Positions 57,358-64,000 of a stretch of DNA of 64,000 nt are shown one piece after another (positions within the stretch are counted from its first letter, which is position 1; every line of letters starts with the position of its first letter). The notes beneath the pieces were generated by a model. That model saw nothing but the letters and a program-made list of their open reading frames with translations, made no database searches and was not told where the DNA came from. Source of the stretch: a candidate division WOR-3 bacterium (GTDB taxonomy: Bacteria > Hydrothermota > Hydrothermia > B15-G9); assembly GCA_015489175.1 (NCBI GenBank), contig WGAI01000053.1, positions 9,519-73,518 on the forward strand. Reading direction: 5' to 3'. The translations under genes and the position numbers were made by a program.

Positions 57358-58074
57358 ATGGTGGGGATTTTGCTGGCATTTTCTGTCGCTCTCACCCCGA
57401 CGGAGGTGCTCCAAAAGGTGGATTCAGTGGCCACCGTGCCTCATTCCGTCGGGATACTGGAGGAAACCATAGTCACAACATCCGGTAGCAAGAGGACATT
57501 TCGGATTAAATACTTCACAAAAGACAACATGGACAAACAGCTCATGGTCTATCTGTATCCTGAGCCCGTTGCAGGCACGAGTTTTCTGATAGTAGGCGAC
57601 AATGTGTGGGCGTATTTCCCTGAGACCGGAAGGACGCGAAAAATAGCCTCGCACGCGCGACGGGGCAAGGTTATGGGCTCGGATTTCACCTACGAAGACC
57701 TCAGCACTACCACCTACGGCAAGAAATTCAAGCCTGTGAGCATGAAAACCACCGAAAACGCTTACATCCTCGAACTTGTGCCTCGAAAAAACACTCATAT
57801 CTCATATTCGAAGATCGTCATGACGGTGGATAAATCCACTTTTGTGCCGACGAAGATCGATTTTTACAGGAAGGACGACGGCAAGCCATACAAGACGCTT
57901 TATCAGAGCGATATCGAGGTCATCGACGGCATACCAACGCCTAAAACGATCACAATGGTGAACAACCTGACCGGCGGCAAAACGGTGATGAAAATCGTGA
58001 GCATAGACTACAAGAGCCCCATCGAGGATAGATTCTTCACACTCGAAGGTATGAGAGGAGCGCTTGAAAAATGA
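57358..58074 (+). CDS. LolA-like outer-membrane lipoprotein-sorting protein
   Basis: GTSFL, WAYFP...RKI and MGSDFTYEDL motifs. Confidence 0.88.
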   Translation: MVGILLAFSVALTPTEVLQKVDSVATVPHSVGILEETIVTTSGSKRTFRIKYFTKDNMDKQLMVYLYPEPVAGTSFLIVGDNVWAYFPETGRTRKIASHARRGKVMGSDFTYEDLSTTTYGKKFKPVSMKTTENAYILELVPRKNTHISYSKIVMTVDKSTFVPTKIDFYRKDDGKPYKTLYQSDIEVIDGIPTPKTITMVNNLTGGKTVMKIVSIDYKSPIEDRFFTLEGMRGALEK

Positions 58075-59171
58075 TGGGCATCATATTTTTCGTGTTGACC
58101 TCGATCGGCGGCATTGTGGAGTATCAGGGTCAGGCGATGAAACTGAAGAGTAGCACGGTTTTTACGGGTTACTCGAAGATCGACATACGAATTTCCAGCA
58201 GTATCTCTACGGGCATCTACTTCCGCACCGACATCGTTGGCATCCATTATCACGGAAAGCTGACTTACAGCTCCAATGATTTCACGCCTTATGTCGATTT
58301 TTATGCTCCCACATTCACCTACCAATCCAGATTTTACCTGCAAAATGCGTTCCTGAGGGTTAGAAAAGGAATAGCGGAGTTTCAAGTGGGCCGCCAACAG
58401 GTAGGCTGGGGCACAGGCTACGCATTCAATCCGTCAAATGTCTTTCAGCACAAATCCATGTTCGATCCCACATACGAACTTGATGGGGTTGACGCGTTGC
58501 GATTGCGCATCTTCCCGGCCTCATTGTGGGAACTGGACATGCTGTGGCTGCCGCCCGATGACACCTTCGGCTCGCGATACGGGGTGAGGCTTCACGGGAA
58601 CATAGGAGGATGGGACATATCTTTCGGCAGAGTGCATTTCCAGAGGATACTTGCGATCCCCTTCGACCCGCCTCCCCCAACACTTGTGGCGTTGAACGAA
58701 ACAGTTGACGCTTTCATCGGGGACTTCTCAGGCGAAATCTCAAGTGTCGGGGTTCATGGCGAGTTCTTGAAAAGGGACACGGCCAGTGTGGCACTTGTTG
58801 GAATGGATTACACGCTTTCAGATGGCCTTACCCGGATTTTGATCGAATACCTCAGAAACAAGGACATAATTCGGTTCACAAATTCGTCTATGGACACCAT
58901 TGCGCGATACATCAACTTCCTCACCGGCAACGCGCTTTCGGTAGGCGAAAACGAGCTTTTCGTGGACTTATCGAGGACAATGGGATTTCACTCGGTAGAA
59001 TTGGCGGCGATACTTAACCTCGATGATGGCAGTGGCATAATCATGCCTCGATTAAACCTATCCCTGTCGGACAACGCCAGCCTGATTTTATCACCATCGG
59101 TATCGTTTGGAAAAGGCGAGTTTGCTTCTTTCCCCGATGGATTTTTCGTGAGGATAAGAACAGGATGGTGA
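58071..59171 (+). CDS. Predicted outer-membrane beta-barrel protein
   Basis: VGRQQVGWG.G..FNP and GVDALR motifs; C-terminal W. Confidence 0.75.
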   Translation: MMGIIFFVLTSIGGIVEYQGQAMKLKSSTVFTGYSKIDIRISSSISTGIYFRTDIVGIHYHGKLTYSSNDFTPYVDFYAPTFTYQSRFYLQNAFLRVRKGIAEFQVGRQQVGWGTGYAFNPSNVFQHKSMFDPTYELDGVDALRLRIFPASLWELDMLWLPPDDTFGSRYGVRLHGNIGGWDISFGRVHFQRILAIPFDPPPPTLVALNETVDAFIGDFSGEISSVGVHGEFLKRDTASVALVGMDYTLSDGLTRILIEYLRNKDIIRFTNSSMDTIARYINFLTGNALSVGENELFVDLSRTMGFHSVELAAILNLDDGSGIIMPRLNLSLSDNASLILSPSVSFGKGEFASFPDGFFVRIRTGW

Positions 59172-59174
59172 GCC

Positions 59175-61766
59175 ATGAGGCAAAATTTTTTCAAGAAGTT
59201 ATCCTATGTATCGACCACACATCCATGGCGAGTTATTCTGTTATCACTTGTCATCACACTTGTCTCCGGATGGCTTGCATCGAAGCTTCGCCTTGAAATG
59301 ACATGGGTGGGACTCGTGCCCAAAAGCGAGCCGGTCGCTGTCAACTTCGAGAGGCTCATCAAAGAATTCGGGAGCGAAGGAGGACTCCTCATCGCCGTCG
59401 AGCATGACGACCCTGACTCTCTCATAGTGCTCGGCAACGAGGTCGCCGATTCAATCGCAAAGCTCAAGGAACTCGGTTATGTTCGGGCCGTTACATTCGA
59501 GGAACCGGAGAACTACCTCTCACATCACGCCTTCATGCTCATAGACACCTCCATGATCGGGCGCGTCGAAACGCTATTCACATCGGCAAACATCGACACC
59601 TTCCTCCTGAATTTCAACAACGACCTTGAATCCGAATACATCGAAAGTCAGGACAACCTGTCGGCGCAGGAACTTGAAGCCACAATGTCACTTATGACCA
59701 TCGAAGACCTGCTCATTGGCATGAACAGGTATCTGGGGAATGGTGACACACTGCTATTTGACATCGGCTCGAAGGAGGCGGTGGTCGGCCCGTTGATATT
59801 CCGCTCCCTCGATGGGAAGATGGGCGTGATCTCGGTGGCACCGGCTATGTCCGCAATGGATATGGACAGACTGCTGCCTTTTGTGGATTCCGTGAGGACG
59901 ATAATTTCGAGGATCCAGTCGAGGCACAGCGGCCTTAAGCTGAACGACACGGGTATTTACTCGATCGGATACGATGAGTATCAGACAGGGATAAGGGATA
60001 GCACAGTCACCACAATCGCCTCGTTTATACTCGTTATTCTGCTGTTTATCATCGGGTTCCGTGCGTTGCAGGCGCCGATACTCGTTGGAATACCTCTCAC
60101 ATTCGGCATCGTGTGGGATCTGGGACTGACATACCTGCTGATCGGCAGACTGAACATGATGACCGTACTTGTCGCCGCAATCCTGATCGGGCTCGGGATA
60201 GACTATTCCATCCATATCCTTCAGGCAGCGAGCGAAAAAGAAGGGATTGCAGCGGCGCTTACAAAAGTCGGAAACGGGATCGTCACCGGAGCCGTAACAA
60301 CGGCGGCCGCATTCCTGTCTCTCTACCTGACGAGTTTCGATGTGCTGAGGGAGCTGGGCATCGTCGTCGGATTTGGCGTGCTGACGACGGCAGGGGCAAC
60401 AGTAATCCTGCTACCTGCCCTTTTGAAGCTGTTCGGGCGTCGGATCGAAAAAAGGGATTTCAGCGCCCCTTCCCTCGGTCTCTACGCTCAAAAAGTGCGC
60501 TCTCTGGGTATGATCGTGCCTGTGGTGCTGTTAATCCTTTTGTTCATCTCACCCATCGCTATCAGAAAAATCAGAGTCACTTACAACCCTATAGAGTTAG
60601 AAGCGGACGGGCTGAAATCGGTTGAAACCCAAAACGAGGTAACTAAAAGGTTTGGCATGTCAACGGATTACATCTCTATACTCACGACGAGTATAGATGA
60701 GTCCTATTCCGTTGCAAAATCCGTTAAGAAACTACCGGGCGTGAGCTTTGTCGAAGGGATTCACCTATACCTTCCGCCACCTGAGCTGCAGGACTTCAAA
60801 ATGCCGTATCTTGAGAGGATACATACCCGTGCTTCCAAGTTTCGGGCTGGTAGCGTCAACCGCCAGCTTCTGCTCGATCAGTTAGATAGGCTTCAGGACA
60901 ACATCGTTGAGCTCAAGACGATGGCCTACATGGCCGGGCTCGACAGAGTTCACGACAAATGCGAAAACATCCTGAAATCGGGAATCTTTGATGACCTGAG
61001 GGGTAAACTTGAGAATGCCGCCGATAGCCGATTGAACAATTTGAACAACAGATTCTTCTCGATCGTTGCGCCGCTTGTTCGCACGGCCTCGACACCTGAG
61101 AAGATAACGCTCAACGATGTGCCTGAGGTGGTGCGAGATAGGTTTATATCGAAAGATAGCAGGACATTCCTTGTGAATGTTTTTACCCGAAGCGACATCT
61201 GGCAGGGAGTGGGACGCAAAGGCATGTTTGACAGGTTTATGGCTTTCAAAGGGGCGACAGGCACGCCTCTGCTCATGCATGTGCTGTGGGAAGCCGGCAA
61301 AAGGGAGAGTTTCAAGGCTCTTACGATCGTCTTCATCGTCATCTTTCTGATTTTGTTGCTGGATTTCAGAACCCTCAGGCACTCGATAATCGCATATCTA
61401 CCTGTGACATTTGCATTTTTCTATTCGCTCGCCATCATGGGACTGCTAAAAGTCAACCTGAATTTCATGAATGTGCTCGCATTGCCGCTCATCATAGGCA
61501 TCGGTATAGACGACGCAGTTCACATAGTCCACAGATACATTGCGCTTGGCGATGTCAACACGGTCTTTACGAGGATAGGTCGGGCTATCCTCTACACATC
61601 TTTGACCACGATGGCTGCGTTCGGTTCCCTCTTTCTCGGCCGTTACAAGGGATATCCGAGCTTTGGCGCGGTGGTTGTCATAGGGGTTGGCACCGCTTTC
61701 ATCGTGACGATCACACTGCTGCCGCCTCTTTTGAAATGGGTTAAGCGAAAACAAAACGAGGAATAA
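59175..61766 (+). CDS. MMPL/RND-family transporter (HpnN-like)
   Basis: Two TM bundles with GLGIDYSIH and GIGIDDAVH; TSLTT. Confidence 0.92.
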   Translation: MRQNFFKKLSYVSTTHPWRVILLSLVITLVSGWLASKLRLEMTWVGLVPKSEPVAVNFERLIKEFGSEGGLLIAVEHDDPDSLIVLGNEVADSIAKLKELGYVRAVTFEEPENYLSHHAFMLIDTSMIGRVETLFTSANIDTFLLNFNNDLESEYIESQDNLSAQELEATMSLMTIEDLLIGMNRYLGNGDTLLFDIGSKEAVVGPLIFRSLDGKMGVISVAPAMSAMDMDRLLPFVDSVRTIISRIQSRHSGLKLNDTGIYSIGYDEYQTGIRDSTVTTIASFILVILLFIIGFRALQAPILVGIPLTFGIVWDLGLTYLLIGRLNMMTVLVAAILIGLGIDYSIHILQAASEKEGIAAALTKVGNGIVTGAVTTAAAFLSLYLTSFDVLRELGIVVGFGVLTTAGATVILLPALLKLFGRRIEKRDFSAPSLGLYAQKVRSLGMIVPVVLLILLFISPIAIRKIRVTYNPIELEADGLKSVETQNEVTKRFGMSTDYISILTTSIDESYSVAKSVKKLPGVSFVEGIHLYLPPPELQDFKMPYLERIHTRASKFRAGSVNRQLLLDQLDRLQDNIVELKTMAYMAGLDRVHDKCENILKSGIFDDLRGKLENAADSRLNNLNNRFFSIVAPLVRTASTPEKITLNDVPEVVRDRFISKDSRTFLVNVFTRSDIWQGVGRKGMFDRFMAFKGATGTPLLMHVLWEAGKRESFKALTIVFIVIFLILLLDFRTLRHSIIAYLPVTFAFFYSLAIMGLLKVNLNFMNVLALPLIIGIGIDDAVHIVHRYIALGDVNTVFTRIGRAILYTSLTTMAAFGSLFLGRYKGYPSFGAVVVIGVGTAFIVTITLLPPLLKWVKRKQNEE

Positions 61767-61790
61767 CCTCCAGCGCCTGCATTTTCTCTC

Positions 61791-61827
61791 GAGGGCAGAC
61801 ATCCCATCTGCCCTCTTTATTAATTTT
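61791..61827 (+). terminator. Intrinsic terminator after the MMPL operon
   Basis: GAGGGCAGA-CATCCCA-TCTGCCCTC followed by TTTATTAATTTT. Confidence 0.7.
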
Positions 61828-61901
61828 CTGGGCATCAAGCTGTTGTGTTTCCCATTTAAAAGTATCGAGATAGCAATTTTGGCAGATGAACGGTCAGCGT
61901 T

Positions 61902-61930
61902 TTGCCTGCGAGCGAACTCTGCAATAAAAT
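61902..61930 (+). promoter_or_regulatory. sigma70-like promoter TTGCCT-17-TAAAAT for the trp leader/trpB2 transcript
   Basis: The -10 box ends 9 nt before the leader ATG at 61940. Confidence 0.7.
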
Positions 61931-61939
61931 ATCAACACG

Positions 61940-62020
61940 ATGAAAGGATCATCATTTAAACCTGCCATTGCCTTCTTCCGTTGCGCCAGCCACTGGTGGT
62001 GCTGGCGTGGGGGAAACTAA
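61940..62020 (+). CDS. Trp-rich leader peptide MKGSSFKPAIAFFRCASHWWCWRGGN
   Basis: 26-codon ORF with TGG TGG TGC TGG (61994-62005) directly upstream of a tryptophan synthase beta gene; overlapping alternative hairpins. Confidence 0.85.
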   Translation: MKGSSFKPAIAFFRCASHWWCWRGGN

Positions 62021-62096
62021 CCCCCACGCAAATCTGATCATCCCCTAAAAATCCTGTCCGTTAACCTCATTTCAAAACCCAAAAGGAGGTGCAGAA

Positions 62097-63389
62097 ATGG
62101 CAAAATTCAAGAGGTTGACATACATCGATGAAATTCCACAAAAATGGTATAACATCAAGGCGGATCTCGATGAGCTTCCGCCACCGCCGTTGAACCCGGC
62201 GACCAAAAAGCCATTAAATCCCGACGATCTGAAGCCGATTTTCCCTGTCTCCCTGATCGAACAGGAGGCAACGCTCGAACGGTTTATCGGAATTCCCGAT
62301 GCCGTCCGCAACGCTTATTCGATATGGAGGCCTTCACCGCTTGTCTATGCTGCAAATCTGCGTGAGAAACTCGGCCTGAAGGCTCACATCTTCTACAAAT
62401 ACGAGGGGGTGTCACCCACCGGCAGCCACAAACCGAACACGGCTGTGGCTCAGGCTTACTACAACAAGATCGAAGGCGTTAAAAAGCTCACGACGGAGAC
62501 AGGGGCAGGTCAATGGGGTTCGGCGCTGGCCTTCTCAGGCTCGCTTTTCGACCTTCATGTCAAGGTGTTCATGGTCAAAGTCAGCTACATGCAGAAACCC
62601 GGCCGCCGAATTTTCATCCAGTCCTACGGCGGTGAGATCGTGCCAAGTCCAAGCGATCAGACGCCTCCCGGCAGAAAAATTCTCGAGGAAGATCCAGACA
62701 ATCCAGGCAGCCTCGGGATAGCCATCACCGAAGCGGTCTATGAGGCGGTGAACGACCCGGAAGCGAAATACTCGCTCGGCTCTGTGCTCGACCATGTTTT
62801 GATGCATCAAACTGTCATTGGGCTCGAAGCGATAGAGCAGTTCAAAAAGCTGGGTGTCGAACCAGATATCCTGATCGGCTGCGTGGGCGGAGGCTCGAAT
62901 TTCGGCGGGTTCGTGTTCCCATTCATAGGCGAATACCTCAGAGGGGAGCGTAAAAAGGTCAGAGCTGTTGCAGTCGAGCCAACTGCGTGCCCAACGCTGA
63001 CAAAAGGGAAATACGATTACGATTACGGCGACACGGGGAAGCTAACGCCGATGCTCAAGATGTTCACTCTCGGGCATGATTTCATGCCGCCATCGATCCA
63101 TGCCGGTGGGTTAAGATATCATGGCATGTCGCCGCTGGTAAGCCTGTTGCATAGAAAAGGGCTTGTTGAGGCGCGCGCATACGACCAGCTCGAGATATTC
63201 GAGGCCGCAATCCAGTTCGCAAGGGCAGAGGGCATCCTTCCTGCGCCAGAATCAGCTCATGCCGTGAAGGCGGCTATCGACATTGCAAAGGAAGTGGACG
63301 ACGAGGTTGTAATTGCGTTCAACCTGTCGGGGCACGGCTACTTCGACCTGTCCGCATACGACGCATACCTGAAAGGTGAGCTTAAGTAA
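62097..63389 (+). CDS. trpB2: Tryptophan synthase beta chain 2 (TrpB2, stand-alone type)
   Basis: [57 protein letters not shown] and NLSGHG motifs. Confidence 0.95.
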   Translation: MAKFKRLTYIDEIPQKWYNIKADLDELPPPPLNPATKKPLNPDDLKPIFPVSLIEQEATLERFIGIPDAVRNAYSIWRPSPLVYAANLREKLGLKAHIFYKYEGVSPTGSHKPNTAVAQAYYNKIEGVKKLTTETGAGQWGSALAFSGSLFDLHVKVFMVKVSYMQKPGRRIFIQSYGGEIVPSPSDQTPPGRKILEEDPDNPGSLGIAITEAVYEAVNDPEAKYSLGSVLDHVLMHQTVIGLEAIEQFKKLGVEPDILIGCVGGGSNFGGFVFPFIGEYLRGERKKVRAVAVEPTACPTLTKGKYDYDYGDTGKLTPMLKMFTLGHDFMPPSIHAGGLRYHGMSPLVSLLHRKGLVEARAYDQLEIFEAAIQFARAEGILPAPESAHAVKAAIDIAKEVDDEVVIAFNLSGHGYFDLSAYDAYLKGELK

Positions 63390-63394
63390 AAATC

Positions 63395-63421
63395 GGGCGG
63401 CGGGGCTTCGCCCCGCCGCCC
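63395..63421. terminator. Hairpin between convergent trpB2 and kdsB
   Basis: GGGCGGCGGGGC-TTC-GCCCCGCCGCCC. Confidence 0.7.
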
Positions 63422-63443
63422 TTCAGCTGTCAAAATAAGTGTT

Positions 63444-64000
63444 TCAGCTGCAAATTCCGCGTCCACGAAATATTTTCTCAACCTTCTCTATATCGCTCGG
63501 CACATCAACAGCCACGGATTGGTAATCGGTCCCAACAACTTTGATCTTCATACCATTCTCAAGCGCCCTCAACTGTTCAAGTTTTTCTGTCAGCTCAAGT
63601 TTCGATTGTGGCAAAGCGACAAACCGCATCAAACTCTCCTTTCGATAGGCGTATATGCCAATATGCTTGAGGTAATCGTCAAGTCGCGGCTCTCCGTCTC
63701 TCCGATGCGGGATTACCGCCCTTGAGAAATAGAGCGCATAACCTTCTGAATTCACGACCACTTTGGCGGTGTTCTCTGACATGAGCTCATCCAGAGATGT
63801 AAAGTGCGTCACGGGAGTGGCGATGTCGGCATCCGAGCCCTCAAGTTCCGTTATGAGGCGGTCGAGAAGCCGACCGTCTATAAGCGGTTCGTCACCCTGA
63901 AGGTTCACGACTATGTCAACATCAACTTCCTTAACCGCTTCTGCAACCCTGTCCGATCCTGAGCTGTGCTCTGTGGAAGTCATAACTGCATCGAAACCGA
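63444..64000 (-). CDS. kdsB: 3-deoxy-manno-octulosonate cytidylyltransferase (5' end beyond the window)
   Basis: MTS..H.SGSDR, VNLQGDEP, ALYFSR, HIGIYAY and EKLEQLRALE motifs. Confidence 0.95.
   Translation of the reverse strand, partial: GFDAVMTSTEHSSGSDRVAEAVKEVDVDIVVNLQGDEPLIDGRLLDRLITELEGSDADIATPVTHFTSLDELMSENTAKVVVNSEGYALYFSRAVIPHRRDGEPRLDDYLKHIGIYAYRKESLMRFVALPQSKLELTEKLEQLRALENGMKIKVVGTDYQSVAVDVPSDIEKVEKIFRGRGICS

Noticed and set aside
62005..62040. Hairpin B as a classical intrinsic trp terminator
   Set aside because: It is followed by AAATCTGATC rather than a U-tract; kept only as part of a non-canonical attenuator hypothesis.
1..64000. CRISPR arrays, tRNA/rRNA genes, integrases, reverse transcriptases/DGRs, prophage or defence genes
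   Set aside because: No spaced direct repeats, cloverleaf-like segments or matching protein motifs seen by eye; short or divergent RNAs could be missed without covariance searches.

Overview
Gene-dense chromosomal window from a diderm bacterium that uses strong GGAGG Shine-Dalgarno sites. An FCB-superphylum, WOR-3-like anaerobic peptide fermenter is my inference from a T9SS-type C-terminal domain, a PorV-like barrel, kdsB and a tungsten-type AOR. Housekeeping content: the end of a dcw cluster (murC, murB, a very short ftsQ-like gene, ftsA), rnr, alaS, an aor-moaD-moeB operon, folP/folK, transporters, ruvX, tsaB, galT, trpB2 and kdsB. Elements missing from the ORF track: (i) a P3-less (Tuco-type) Moco riboswitch before aor; (ii) an apparently leaderless 26-aa Trp-rich leader peptide (..HWWCWR..) with mutually exclusive hairpins before the stand-alone trpB2; (iii) six sigma70-type promoters or -10 boxes placed directly on SD-less start codons; (iv) an internally deleted IS256-family relic; (v) a frameshifted queA fragment; (vi) a slippery-site plus hairpin junction between aor and moaD. 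The best candidate for an undescribed system is the tightly coupled four-gene envelope operon at 38001-47268: papain-like Cys protease, 1338-aa beta-rich secreted protein, multi-FN3 protein and large outer-membrane barrel. An HhH-barrel/PorV-like gene pair lies nearby. I saw no rRNA, tRNA or CRISPR array. All family calls come from motif recognition by eye; no searches were run.
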